A DNA stretch of 63,308 bases, from contig CAMVJR010000001.1 in assembly GCA_947167855.1 (NCBI GenBank), forward strand, positions 1-63,308. Reading direction: 5' to 3'. Of the stretch, positions 48,585 through 58,680 are shown piece by piece (the stretch's first letter is position 1; every line of letters starts with the position of its first letter). The notes under the pieces were generated by a model. That model saw nothing but the letters and a program-made list of their open reading frames with translations, made no database searches and was not told where the DNA came from. The DNA is from an uncultured Bacteroidales bacterium. Lineage in GTDB: Bacteria; Bacteroidota; Bacteroidia; Bacteroidales; UBA932. Both the position numbers and the translations under genes were made by a program.

Positions 48585-49828
48585 TTTTTCTTGGCAATCA
48601 GCTGGCCGATTCCCCAGCAGAGGGAAGCAACCAGCATTCCGTTAACGGAGGCGAAGCCCCAGTGGACCAGGTTGGCCACCACAGCACCGGCGATCACGCC
48701 CACAACAGCGCTCCAGTTGACCACCTTTTCCTCTTCTTCCTTGCCCCGGTGTGTGAAGTAGTGGAGGATGAGGATGATGCCAACAGGAGGGAGCGTGCAG
48801 TTGAGGACGTTGAGCCAGTCGCAGAAATTCCAATACAGCCAGACAGCAGCCAGGGTGCCAATGATACCGGAAGTAATCACCATGGCCTTTTTGGGCAGGC
48901 CGAAGATATTGCTCAGGCCCAGGCCAGCGGTATAGAGGGCATTGTCGTTGGTGGTCCAGATATTGAGGCCCAGCACCAGAACGGCCAGGTAGAAGAGGTT
49001 CAGGTTGAGCATCACCTCAAAGATATCGTTACCGCCTGCGTAGATGCTGGAAACGGCACCGAACAGGAACATGAGGCTGTTACCCAGGAAGAAGGCCACA
49101 ACGGTAATCAGAAGGCCCACCTTGCCGTTCTTGGCAAAACGCGTGAAGTTGGGCGTGGCCGTACCGCCGGAGACGAAGCTGCCCACCACCAGGCCGGCAC
49201 CGGCAATGATGCCCAGGTCCTTGGTGCCCTTGGAGAACTGCTCCACCAGGCCGGTATCCCCGCGGGTGACCGCCAGGATCATGGCCACCGTACCCAGGAT
49301 GGCTACGGCAGGAACCGCGATATAACTCACTATGGTAAGACTCTTGATGCCGTAGTAGGCGCTGGCCGTCATCAGGACACCGGCAAAGAATACCAGCAGA
49401 TATCCTTCCCAGGGCATGCTGTCCGGCGTTACTTCCAGGCCCATGATTTCCTTGGCCACCGGGATGGCGAACATGGCCAGACCCACGCCAAACCAACCGG
49501 TCTGGGTAAAGCTGATCATGGCGCTGGGAAGCCAGCTACCCTTGGTGCCAAAGCTCTTGCGGGCCAGCATATCCAGGGTAAGGCCGCTCTCGGCTCCAAT
49601 CCAGCCCAGAGCACCGGTATAGGCAGCCAGGATGAGGCCGCCCAGAAGGATAGCCCATATAAACTGCGACCAGGTAAGACCACTGGCCAACTGCTGGCCC
49701 ACCCACATACTGGCAGAGAAGAACGTAAATCCGAGCATGACCATGAACATGCTCAAATTGCTTTTGCGGCCTTTCTTGTCTACCGGTATGTTGGTATAGT
49801 CCGCATCGTGAGTCTTGTTGTTATTCAT
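48581..49828 (-). CDS. codB: Cytosine permease (NCS1 family)
   Basis: GFTFFSASMW, GWFGVG, GSFVSGG and NIWTTNDN motifs. Confidence 0.92.
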   Translation of the reverse strand: MNNNKTHDADYTNIPVDKKGRKSNLSMFMVMLGFTFFSASMWVGQQLASGLTWSQFIWAILLGGLILAAYTGALGWIGAESGLTLDMLARKSFGTKGSWLPSAMISFTQTGWFGVGLAMFAIPVAKEIMGLEVTPDSMPWEGYLLVFFAGVLMTASAYYGIKSLTIVSYIAVPAVAILGTVAMILAVTRGDTGLVEQFSKGTKDLGIIAGAGLVVGSFVSGGTATPNFTRFAKNGKVGLLITVVAFFLGNSLMFLFGAVSSIYAGGNDIFEVMLNLNLFYLAVLVLGLNIWTTNDNALYTAGLGLSNIFGLPKKAMVITSGIIGTLAAVWLYWNFCDWLNVLNCTLPPVGIILILHYFTHRGKEEEEKVVNWSAVVGVIAGAVVANLVHWGFASVNGMLVASLCWGIGQLIAKKN

Positions 49829-50909
49829 ATTTGTTGAGTAATGTATTAATCGCATTCATCCGCTGCATGGCGATGGTCTCGATGGAGAGGGCGGCGGCGT
49901 TCTCCAGGAGGTGGGTCTCATCGGCCCAGAGCTTTTGGAGGCTTTCGTCCTTCAAGGCCCCGAAATGGGTCACCTGTAGCCACTGCTCATAGGAGAGCGG
50001 CTTGTCGTAGCCCAACTTCTCCCCTACCAGCTCTACGGGGTTAATCCTATCGGCCCGGCCCCAGACGCCTTCCCAATACTCCAGTGCCTCGTGGAAGTGG
50101 ACCGGAATCTCGTAGCGTCGGGCTCCGCCGTCGTAGATGATGCACTTCTCCAGAATGGCGTACGGATGGTCCATCACGTAGCGGCGGAATTCCGGAGACA
50201 CAATGCCTCCCTTCCAGCCAAAGTCAATATCGGGCACGTTGATGCCTGTGGCGCCCTTATCCGTATACACGGTAAAGATGCCCTCGTAGAAATAGCATTC
50301 AAAGCCCTCGAATTCCGGGAAGATGGCGCGGATTTCCTGGGTCTTCTTTTCCATGAGGTCAATGGCGCGGGTGCCGCCTATCGTGAAGAAGACAATCTTG
50401 CGGAGACTGCCTCCGCGGCGGCGGAAACGGTCCACCACCTGGTCCAGGCACAGGCGCAGGGTATCGCCGGTGGCAATGATGTCTCCAATCACCAGCGTGC
50501 AGTCTTTCTTGACGCGCAGCTTCTCGTACTTAATCTCCAGACCGGTGATTACATGGTCTTCGATGATGCGCTCGCAGGAGACAAAGTGGATGTCTCTTAC
50601 CCGTATACCACTGCGGTAGCAGGCTTCTTCCACGGGATAATTGAGTCCTCCGCGCAGGATGGTGAGAATGTCCACGTCTTCTTCCCCGCCTTGGGAATAT
50701 CTATACCTGAGGGCGTCCGTGGTTGCCGGGAGCATGGAAAGGTAGGAATCGTAGCCCACCACCTCGGGGAAAGCCATCAGATGGCGCGTTCCGGGAGCAC
50801 TGACAACAAAGTACCGATTCTCAAGCTCAGGGGCCTGTAGCTCGTAAATGTTTGTGTCTTGGGCGGAGCCAACATAAAGAAGGCTCGTATCCTGCAAACT
50901 CATGGACAT
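49821..50909 (-). CDS. Divergent type I phosphoribosyltransferase (UPRT-like)
   Basis: LTILRGGL and VIGDIIATGDT PRPP loop. Confidence 0.75.
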   Translation of the reverse strand: MSMSLQDTSLLYVGSAQDTNIYELQAPELENRYFVVSAPGTRHLMAFPEVVGYDSYLSMLPATTDALRYRYSQGGEEDVDILTILRGGLNYPVEEACYRSGIRVRDIHFVSCERIIEDHVITGLEIKYEKLRVKKDCTLVIGDIIATGDTLRLCLDQVVDRFRRRGGSLRKIVFFTIGGTRAIDLMEKKTQEIRAIFPEFEGFECYFYEGIFTVYTDKGATGINVPDIDFGWKGGIVSPEFRRYVMDHPYAILEKCIIYDGGARRYEIPVHFHEALEYWEGVWGRADRINPVELVGEKLGYDKPLSYEQWLQVTHFGALKDESLQKLWADETHLLENAAALSIETIAMQRMNAINTLLNKYE

Positions 50910-51014
50910 AAAAAAACCCGATTAGACGTAACCGGGATACAAAATTAGCACAAATTAGGACATCTTCCAACTTTATTTAAGTATATTTGTAAAGCCATTA
51001 AGAAGAAGAAGACT

Positions 51015-51707
51015 ATGAAACAATCCGTCAAAATTGTCCTCGGCCTGGCTCTGATTGCCGCCGGTATCCTCTGGGCCCTGAACATTCTGGGCATCCTCTC
51101 CTTTGATTTTTCCACCGAGGGATGGTGGACGCTTTTCATTATCGTCCCCGCCATCTTCGGCCTGTTTACCGACCGGGATAAACTGGGTCCCTGCATCGGC
51201 ATTGCCGTGGGCGTACTGCTTCTGCTGGCCACCCGGGACGTCATTACCTGGAATATGATGTGGCAGCTGCTCCTGGCCTTCATGATCGTTGCTTTCGGCC
51301 TTAAAATCCTGTTTTTCAGGAACTGCGGCCATTTCCAGAAGGGAATCTGCGAGGAAAAGACCATCTCCCGGGACGGCAAGAACATCCGCCGCATCGAGAC
51401 TTCCTTCGGAAAGCAGGAAATCAACTTCCGCGGAGAAAAATTTGAAGGGGCCGATGTCCATACGTCCTTCGGAGCCCTCATCCTGGATTTCCGCGGGGCC
51501 GATATCGCCGAGGGCGCTTTTGTAGACCTCAACGTGGGCTTCGCAGGCGCCACCATCATCGTTCCGGAGAACCTCGCCGTCCAGATTGCCGTTAGCAGCG
51601 GCTTCGGAGGCGTCAAGGACGACCGCCGCTACAAGGTTACCACCGGCTCTCCCCTCCTCACCATCACCGGCAACGTAGGTTTCGGTGGCGTAGAGATTAA
51701 AGACTAA
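51015..51707 (+). CDS. LiaF-like membrane protein (DUF2154-like C-terminus)
   Basis: 4 TM plus FGG beta repeats; TATATTTG at 50982-50989. Confidence 0.82.
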   Translation: MKQSVKIVLGLALIAAGILWALNILGILSFDFSTEGWWTLFIIVPAIFGLFTDRDKLGPCIGIAVGVLLLLATRDVITWNMMWQLLLAFMIVAFGLKILFFRNCGHFQKGICEEKTISRDGKNIRRIETSFGKQEINFRGEKFEGADVHTSFGALILDFRGADIAEGAFVDLNVGFAGATIIVPENLAVQIAVSSGFGGVKDDRRYKVTTGSPLLTITGNVGFGGVEIKD

Positions 51708-51720
51708 AAAACCTCTGTAT

Positions 51721-53007
51721 ATGAAACGAACCCTTATCCTAGGATTGTTACTGAGTCTTTCTACCCTGGCTCTGGCCCAGACCGGCACCTGGTCCGGCAA
51801 GCTGGATGTGCAGGGAACCAAACTGGCCCTGGTATTCCACCTCAACGAGGAAAATCCCACCATAGATTCCCCGGACCAGGGCGTCAAAGGCGTTCCCATC
51901 CAGGTGGAGCGCACGGAAACCGGCAAGGTTATCGTCAAGGTCCCTTCCATCGGCGCTTCCTATGAAGGCCAGTGGCTGGGAACGCAGATCAACGGAACCT
52001 TCAAACAGATGGGGATGTCCTTCCCCATGACCCTCACCCCCGGAGAAGAGAAACTCAACCGGCCCCAGACCCCGCAGGGTCCCTTCCCGTATGCTCAGGA
52101 AGAAGTATCCTTCACCAACGGATCGGCCGTGCTCAAAGGCACGCTGGTCCTGCCGCAGGGCTATACCCGCCAGACGCCGGTCCTGATCATGGTCACCGGC
52201 AGCGGCCTCCAGAACCGGGACGAGGAAATCTATGAGCACAAGCCCTTTGCCGTCATTGCCGATGCCTTTGCCAAGGCCGGCATAGCCACCCTCCGCTACG
52301 ACGACCGCGGCTTTGGAGAACCCACCGGAGACATCATCAGCTGCACCACCGAGGACCTCAAGAACGACGCCCTGGCCGGCATCGAACTCCTCCGGGGCCG
52401 CTTTGACAAGGTTGGCGTGATCGGCCACAGCGAAGGCGGCACCATCGCCTTCATGCTGGCTGCCGAAAAGAAGGCCGATTTTGTCGTAAGCCTCGCCGGC
52501 ATGGTGGTCTCCGGGGCCGAAACCCTGCTCTGGCAGAACCGCATCACCTTCCTCTCCGCCGGCTTCCCGGAGACTACGGTAAACGCCTACTGCAAGCTCC
52601 TGGGTGAGGCTTTTGAAGCCCGTGTAGCCGGAAAGGCTGCCCCTTCGGCCCAGAATACAGACCTTCCGGAGGCCCTCAAGCAGAACTACTCCGCTGCCGT
52701 AATGCAGATGATGACCCCTTACATGAAGTACTTCCTGGCCCTGGATGTGCGCCCTCTGCTGCCCGGCATCACCTGCCCGGTCCTGGCCCTCAACGGCACC
52801 AAGGACACGCAGGTGGAGTGCACCACCAACCTGGACGCCCTGCGCAGCGGCCTGCCGGCCGGCGCTGAATTGGTGCCCGTGGAAGGCGTCAACCACCTCT
52901 TCCAGCACTGCGCCACCGGTGCCGCCACCGAGTACCGTGACATTGAAGAAACCTTCGCACCGGAAGCCCTGTCCGAAATGCTCCGCTGGCTCTCTGACCT
53001 TAAATAG
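51721..53007 (+). CDS. Secreted alpha/beta hydrolase
   Basis: Signal peptide; GSGLQNRDE, RYDDRG, GHSEGG, NGTKD and NHLFQ motifs. Confidence 0.9.
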   Translation: MKRTLILGLLLSLSTLALAQTGTWSGKLDVQGTKLALVFHLNEENPTIDSPDQGVKGVPIQVERTETGKVIVKVPSIGASYEGQWLGTQINGTFKQMGMSFPMTLTPGEEKLNRPQTPQGPFPYAQEEVSFTNGSAVLKGTLVLPQGYTRQTPVLIMVTGSGLQNRDEEIYEHKPFAVIADAFAKAGIATLRYDDRGFGEPTGDIISCTTEDLKNDALAGIELLRGRFDKVGVIGHSEGGTIAFMLAAEKKADFVVSLAGMVVSGAETLLWQNRITFLSAGFPETTVNAYCKLLGEAFEARVAGKAAPSAQNTDLPEALKQNYSAAVMQMMTPYMKYFLALDVRPLLPGITCPVLALNGTKDTQVECTTNLDALRSGLPAGAELVPVEGVNHLFQHCATGAATEYRDIEETFAPEALSEMLRWLSDLK

Positions 53008-53033
53008 CCTGTTTCCTTCAGGAAGTGCTCCTT

Positions 53034-53130
53034 ACGCCGCAGCCGGCACTTTTGGCGTTTTTCGTCGGCTGCGGCGTCAAGCAAAACGTGACAGCAAGCA
53101 CTTTTGGCGTTTTTTGCTTGCTGCCACGTT
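53034..53130. repeat. Twin hairpins with a shared loop between convergent genes
   Basis: Stems 53034-53077 and 53085-53130 differ in sequence but both enclose CACTTTTGGCGTTTTT. Confidence 0.75.
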
Positions 53131-53149
53131 GTTTAGTTGTTAGGAGTCA

Positions 53150-55204
53150 TTAGAACGGAACCTCCACTTTGAGGGTGATGTTGCGGCCCATGTTGAAGAC
53201 GCCGCGGCGGCCGGTGACGGCGTTGACGTCTGCGTACTTGAGGCGGCTCAGGTGGTTCTGGTAGGCCACGTCCGTGAGGTTGGAGCCAATCAGGTAGATG
53301 GAGAGGCGCTTCTTGCCCTTGATTACGATGTCCGTACCGGCAGATGCCCCCAGCAGTACATAGCCGGGCGTGGCGGTTTCGGTGTTGTCTTTGGCATAGA
53401 AACGGTTCTGCTCCAGGTTCCAGTCTACATTCAGGGCGATGAAGGCATTGTTGAAGGTCTTGCCGCCGTGCGAGAACTCATACTTAGCTTCGGAGAACAG
53501 GCGCGGGGCCGGGATCAGGGGCAGATAGTCTCCGTTGCTCTGGTTGGCAAAGACGCAGGAGAAGGCGCTGCTCAGGTGCAGGCTGTGGATGGGGTGGACA
53601 TCCACCACCACTTCTCCGCCCTTCAGATGGGCCAGACCGCTCTGGAATGCGTACACGGGGAGGTCTTCCTCGTACTGGCCGTTACGGGCTGCAAAGATGT
53701 AGTTGTCTATGCGACTCATGAAAAAGGCCGTTTTCACAGACAGATACTTGGAGGTAAAATCCAGGCCCAGGTCTCCCTGGAGGCTGTATTCGGGCTTCAG
53801 GTCCTTGTTGCCCAGCTCGTAGCGCAGGGTACCTTCGTGCTCACCGTTGGACGCCAGTTCCGAGAGGTTGGGTGCCCGGAAACCGCGGGCTATGTTGGCC
53901 CGGACGGTGAAGTGTTCGCCCAGCGGACGCACCACGCCCAGGCTGGCCGAGAAGCCCGGGAACGTCCGGCGGAAGTCCTCGAATCGGCCTTCCAAAGCCT
54001 CGCTGTGGAGGCGGCGCAGGTCCATGCGGACACCGCCGGAGAAGGTCCAGTCTCCCAGCTGCTTGGAAGCGGTGGCAAAGAGGCCGGCATCCAGCAGGCG
54101 GTAGGCCGGGATGAGGTACTCGTCGCCCAGGTTCTGGCTGCGCTGGTACATGCCGCCAACACCGAATGCCGCTTTCCAATCGGCCGGGAACTCTACCTGG
54201 TATCTAAGATCATAGTTTAAGGTATTCAGTTTGAAGTCCAGTCCGCATTCGTGGGCACTCTCCTCAAACTCCTGCCGGCGGTTCTGCTGCCAGCCCAGGA
54301 TGAACTTGAGGTTGCCGTTGCCCAGACGGAAAGTGTTGTCGGACACCACTTTATAGTGGCGAACCTGCTGGAAAGGAAGACCCGGTCTGGAACCAAAGGC
54401 GTCGCCTTCCAGCTCGCCGGTTTCAGGATTGCGCTCGCCCTCGATGATGCCGGGTGTGAGGTGATAATAGCTCAGCCGCACGCGGGAATAGCCCCAGGAG
54501 CCGTTCTTGCCAAACAGGGCCGATCCGCCCCTTTCCCGGAACCCGGAATTGGGGACGCGGCCATCGAAACGGTTGCGGTAGGCGCCGGCATATTTGTCCG
54601 AGAAACGGGCATTCCAGATCCAGCCGCTATGGTTGCCTGCTGCCGCCAGCGAGTAAGCAAACAAGTTGTTATTGCTCTGATATTCCGTACTTACATCGCC
54701 CTCTACCGTACCGGGCGCCGCATTGGGCATGCCCTGGAAGATGAGCACGCCGGCCAGGGCGTCAGAGCCATACATGAGCGAGGCCGGTCCCTTGAGAATC
54801 TCTACGGAGTGCACAGAGGCTCCGTCTACTTCAATGCCGTGCTCGTCTCCCCACTGCTGGCCTTCCTGACGGATGCCATCGTTCACCACCACCACGCGGT
54901 TATAACCCAGTCCGCGGATCACGGGCTTGGAGATGCCGCCGCCGGTGGTAATGGAGCTCAGACCCGGCTCGGCCGCCAGCGCATTAATGATATTGGTAGA
55001 AGCGCGCCCCATCAGATCTCCGGGCCGAATCACCGAGATAGGAGCGGGTGTATGTTTGACTTTGGTATCGCCGGCCAGGCCGGTTACCACTACTTCATTC
55101 AGTTCCAGATGCCGGAAAAAGAGGTCGGAGGAGTCCGGCAACTCCTGTGCATTCATTGCCGTGCAAGCACACAGCAATGCCACAAATATTGCTTTATATT
55201 TCAT
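53150..55204 (-). CDS. TonB-dependent receptor (probably for metal uptake)
   Basis: EVVVTG TonB box, KPVIRG, QQWGDEHG, KGPASLMYG, RAPNLSEL; C-terminal Phe. Confidence 0.93.
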   Translation of the reverse strand: MKYKAIFVALLCACTAMNAQELPDSSDLFFRHLELNEVVVTGLAGDTKVKHTPAPISVIRPGDLMGRASTNIINALAAEPGLSSITTGGGISKPVIRGLGYNRVVVVNDGIRQEGQQWGDEHGIEVDGASVHSVEILKGPASLMYGSDALAGVLIFQGMPNAAPGTVEGDVSTEYQSNNNLFAYSLAAAGNHSGWIWNARFSDKYAGAYRNRFDGRVPNSGFRERGGSALFGKNGSWGYSRVRLSYYHLTPGIIEGERNPETGELEGDAFGSRPGLPFQQVRHYKVVSDNTFRLGNGNLKFILGWQQNRRQEFEESAHECGLDFKLNTLNYDLRYQVEFPADWKAAFGVGGMYQRSQNLGDEYLIPAYRLLDAGLFATASKQLGDWTFSGGVRMDLRRLHSEALEGRFEDFRRTFPGFSASLGVVRPLGEHFTVRANIARGFRAPNLSELASNGEHEGTLRYELGNKDLKPEYSLQGDLGLDFTSKYLSVKTAFFMSRIDNYIFAARNGQYEEDLPVYAFQSGLAHLKGGEVVVDVHPIHSLHLSSAFSCVFANQSNGDYLPLIPAPRLFSEAKYEFSHGGKTFNNAFIALNVDWNLEQNRFYAKDNTETATPGYVLLGASAGTDIVIKGKKRLSIYLIGSNLTDVAYQNHLSRLKYADVNAVTGRRGVFNMGRNITLKVEVPF

Positions 55205-55239
55205 TCTGTTTCAATGTGCTGATTGATGAAGCAGAAGAT

Positions 55240-55275
55240 AATTGGTTTTTCGAGCACCGTCTCGAAAAATAATTT
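55240..55275. repeat. 36-bp palindromic element, copy B
   Basis: AATTGGTTTTTCGAGCACCGTCTCGAAAAATAATTT. Confidence 0.8.
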
Positions 55276-55314
55276 TCTTCTACCGTTTGGTCAGATGACC
55301 GTTTGGCTAATATT

Positions 55315-55668
55315 CTAGAAACAGAATGCTACCGGAGGGGCACGGGCCGGGATAGAGGGAGTGAATAAGCAGGCCGATGCACTGACCGGTTCCGTGAAGA
55401 CTTTGTTTACCACCGAACGGAACAAGCGCACCACACTCTGCTTCCCGGGCGTAAACTGCACGGAAAGGATCTGGCAGATGAGACAGTCCTGGATGGACGT
55501 ATCGCTGCTGAGGTGGGCGTTGTGGGGACGGTGGTGCAGACAGGCGTCGCAGGTGTCGGTTTCTGCGGCCTCGTGATCGTGATGATGATAGGGGGCTGCA
55601 AACACCAACGGGAGAATCACCGCCAGAAGGGCGGCCGACCGGAAAGCCTTATGACTGCTAATCCACAT
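55315..55668 (-). CDS. His-rich CxxC/RAPP leader protein (DUF2946-like)
   Basis: Hydrophobic N-terminus, HHHDH, CDAC, CLIC, C-terminal PARAPP. Confidence 0.75.
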   Translation of the reverse strand: MWISSHKAFRSAALLAVILPLVFAAPYHHHDHEAAETDTCDACLHHRPHNAHLSSDTSIQDCLICQILSVQFTPGKQSVVRLFRSVVNKVFTEPVSASACLFTPSIPARAPPVAFCF

Positions 55669-55729
55669 TGACGCGACAAAGTTATAAAACTTTTTTATAA
55701 ATTTGTACAGATTAAACTGCAAGAAAAAA

Positions 55730-56788
55730 ATGACCAAAACAATGACCAGTATCGGCCTGATGTCCGGAACCTCCGTGGACGGCCTGGATGTGTGTTGTGC
55801 CACCTTTACCCTGGAAGACGGCAAGTGGAGTTTCCATATTGACTGCGCCCGCGGATACGACTACCCGGCAGAGCTCAAGCAAAAGCTGGGCAAGGACGTC
55901 CAGAACATGAGCGCCTACGAGTTTGTGGCTTTCCACAGCGCCTATGGCCGGTTCCTGGGACAAAGGGTCAATGATTTCATGGCCGAATTTGGCGTGAAAC
56001 CGGATATCATCGCCTCCCATGGATCCACCGTATTCCACGAGCCCGGCAAGAAGATTATGTACCAGATTGGAGACGGCGCGGCCATCGCGGCCGAAACGGG
56101 CATCCCTACCGTATCGGACTTCCGCCGGCTGGATATCATGCTGGGGGGCCAGGGTGCACCGCTGGTGCCCGTGGGAGACAATCTTCTCTTCGGCCAGTAT
56201 GACTATTGCCTCAACATTGGCGGATTCTCCAACATATCCTGGCGGGACGGTGACAAGCGCATTGCCTTTGACATCTCTCCCGTGAACTATGTGATCAACC
56301 GGTTCACGCGTTCCATCGGCCTGGAAATGGACCGCGACGGCGAAATTGCCCGCAAGGGCACCGTGCACCAGCCGCTGCTGGACCAGCTCAATGCCCTGGA
56401 CTATTATTCCAAGACCTGGCCCAAGTCTCTGGGACGCGAATGGGTAGAAGCCAATGTATTCCCTCTGCTGGATGCCAGCGGCTTATCCATGGAAGACCTG
56501 CTCCGCACCTATTACGAACACTGCGCCGAGCAGCTGGCCCAAGTGACCACCCCCGGCAAGAGCCTGCTGGTCACCGGTGGCGGCGCCTACAACAAATTCC
56601 TGATTGAACGTATGCGCGCCCTCTCCGGCTGCAACATCGTGGTCCCGGAACCGGCCATCATCGAGTTCAAGGAGGCACTCATCTTTGCCTTCCTGGGCGT
56701 ACTCTACATGTGGGACATCCCCTCCTGCCTGCGTTCTGTCACCGGAGCCGCCCACGACAACATAGGCGGTATGCTCTTCAAAGTCTAG
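55730..56788 (+). CDS. anmK: Anhydro-N-acetylmuramic acid kinase
   Basis: GLMSGTSVDG, SDFR, GGQGAPLVP, LNIGG, TGGG and KEALIFA motifs. Confidence 0.95.
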   Translation: MTKTMTSIGLMSGTSVDGLDVCCATFTLEDGKWSFHIDCARGYDYPAELKQKLGKDVQNMSAYEFVAFHSAYGRFLGQRVNDFMAEFGVKPDIIASHGSTVFHEPGKKIMYQIGDGAAIAAETGIPTVSDFRRLDIMLGGQGAPLVPVGDNLLFGQYDYCLNIGGFSNISWRDGDKRIAFDISPVNYVINRFTRSIGLEMDRDGEIARKGTVHQPLLDQLNALDYYSKTWPKSLGREWVEANVFPLLDASGLSMEDLLRTYYEHCAEQLAQVTTPGKSLLVTGGGAYNKFLIERMRALSGCNIVVPEPAIIEFKEALIFAFLGVLYMWDIPSCLRSVTGAAHDNIGGMLFKV

Positions 56789-56789
56789 T

Positions 56790-57362
56790 TTATTCCTTCG
56801 GCCAAAGGACCCTTCGGACGTTGCAGCCGACGTAGTTGCCTACGACGATGATGGGATAGAACCAGAGGATGGCGGGGTTCCACTTCCAGGCGCCTACGAG
56901 GTAGACGACGTCTGCAATGGAGTGATAAAAGCCGCAGAGAATAAAGAGAGGCACACCAAAGATGATGGGAATCAGAGACTTGCTGGTGCGATAGAGCCAC
57001 ACGGAGAGGTCGAGGATGATACCGCAGCCCACGGCACGCAGGAAACTGCGCCAGGGACCTTGGGCAAAACGACCGGCCACCACGGCTTGGGCCCGTTCCA
57101 TAGGCTCGCCGCCCAGGGCCACCACCAGAAGGCCGATAAGCGTACAGGCCACCACGTTGAAGAACCAGATGCGGGTTAAGGCGGAGAGGTCCGTGAGGAC
57201 TCCCGCCTTTCCTGTATACAGGTTGGAGCCGGAAATGACCACGCCTATGAGGCCGAAGCCAAAAATCACCGCCCCGGGGATACCGCCCAGGGCCAGGAAT
57301 CCATAAGCACCCAGGCCAATCAGAAGGCCTGCCATCAGAGAGAGCCGATTGTCTTTATTCAT
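56790..57362 (-). CDS. Short formate/nitrite transporter family protein
   Basis: LYTGK, FILCGFYHSIAD and GNYVG motifs. Confidence 0.8.
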   Translation of the reverse strand: MNKDNRLSLMAGLLIGLGAYGFLALGGIPGAVIFGFGLIGVVISGSNLYTGKAGVLTDLSALTRIWFFNVVACTLIGLLVVALGGEPMERAQAVVAGRFAQGPWRSFLRAVGCGIILDLSVWLYRTSKSLIPIIFGVPLFILCGFYHSIADVVYLVGAWKWNPAILWFYPIIVVGNYVGCNVRRVLWPKE

Positions 57363-58596
57363 GGGTTATCAGTTGGTTAGCGTTTAAGAGGGAATCCAGC
57401 CGGTGGGAACGGACCTTGTACAGAGAATCCAGGGCCGGAAGATACTGCTGCTGAATGGGTTCTCCGGAAGGAGAATCCATCTTGAGCGGATTGATGGGCG
57501 AGCCGTTTTTCCACACGCGGAAATCCAGGTGCGGGCCCGTGGCCGTACCCGTCATGCCCACATAACCGATCACCTGTCCCTGGTGCACGCGGTCCCCTAC
57601 CTTGAGGCCCGCCGCATATTTGGAAAGGTGCATATAGCCGGTGGTATAAACGGAATTGTGGCGAATCTTGACCGTATTGCCACCGCCGCCGCTCCAGCCC
57701 TTGCTGATGACGGTACCGTCACCGATACTCATCACGGGCGTTCCGGTGGGAGCGGCATAGTCCACCCCCGTATGGGGACGGACCACGCCATGCACGGGAT
57801 GCAGGCGATGGTAGGAGAAACCGGAAGAGATGCGGGTAAACTTGAGCGGGGCCTTGAGGAAAGCCTTGCGCATGCTTTCTCCTTTCTCGTTCCAGTATTT
57901 GTTGCCGCCGTCCTGCTGGTCAAAGTACAGCGCCGGAAAATCCTTATCGGCCCGGCTGAAGACGGCGTATTCTACGTCGTTGATGCGGAAGACCTCCCCT
58001 TCGCAGACGTCCTGGTGGTACAGCACGCGGAAGCGGTCTCCCTGTTGCAGGCCGAAGAAATCCACCGTCCAGGCGTAAATATCGGCCAGCTCTACAATCA
58101 AAAGCGGCGAGGCGCCGGCGTCCAGCATATCGTTCCAAAGGGAGGAGTGGATGGTGACATCGGCTACCTTTTCCTGCCTTTCTACGGGTTTGTCGTACGT
58201 CCAGGCCGCCAGGCTGTCCCAGCACTGGAAGATGATGCTGCGCACCCGGCCCTCTTCATATACCAGGTACCGCAGCTGCGTGGAATCCTGATAATAGGCC
58301 TGCCAGGCGGCCCCGGCGCGGAATTTCCGGACGTCGAAGATGCTGTCCGATGCCTGGATGAGCTTGTAGGTATCCTCCCCGGAAACGCCCAGGGAAGACA
58401 GGAGGCCGGAGAAGGTAGCGCCCGTGGGCACAACGCCTTCCACCAGCCGGAAAGAATCCGTGCAGAAGCCCAGCGGATACACCGTGTCCTGTTTCACATC
58501 GGCCTCTTCCTGGACAGGCGCCGCGGAACGGTGTCCCCAGTTGCAGGACAGGGTGAACAGAAACAGGATGGCAACAGCGAAAAGGCTTCTTCTCAT
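57355..58596 (-). CDS. M23 peptidase lipoprotein (MepM-like)
   Basis: Lipobox TLSC, HTGVD, YMHLS and TGPHLDF motifs. Confidence 0.93.
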   Translation of the reverse strand: MRRSLFAVAILFLFTLSCNWGHRSAAPVQEEADVKQDTVYPLGFCTDSFRLVEGVVPTGATFSGLLSSLGVSGEDTYKLIQASDSIFDVRKFRAGAAWQAYYQDSTQLRYLVYEEGRVRSIIFQCWDSLAAWTYDKPVERQEKVADVTIHSSLWNDMLDAGASPLLIVELADIYAWTVDFFGLQQGDRFRVLYHQDVCEGEVFRINDVEYAVFSRADKDFPALYFDQQDGGNKYWNEKGESMRKAFLKAPLKFTRISSGFSYHRLHPVHGVVRPHTGVDYAAPTGTPVMSIGDGTVISKGWSGGGGNTVKIRHNSVYTTGYMHLSKYAAGLKVGDRVHQGQVIGYVGMTGTATGPHLDFRVWKNGSPINPLKMDSPSGEPIQQQYLPALDSLYKVRSHRLDSLLNANQLITHE

Positions 58597-58680
58597 AAGG
58601 CACTACGGTTTCTGCAAAGATAGCAAAGAATTGCTTTATTCCGAAAGAATTCTTATCTTGCAAAGAATTAATAACACTAT

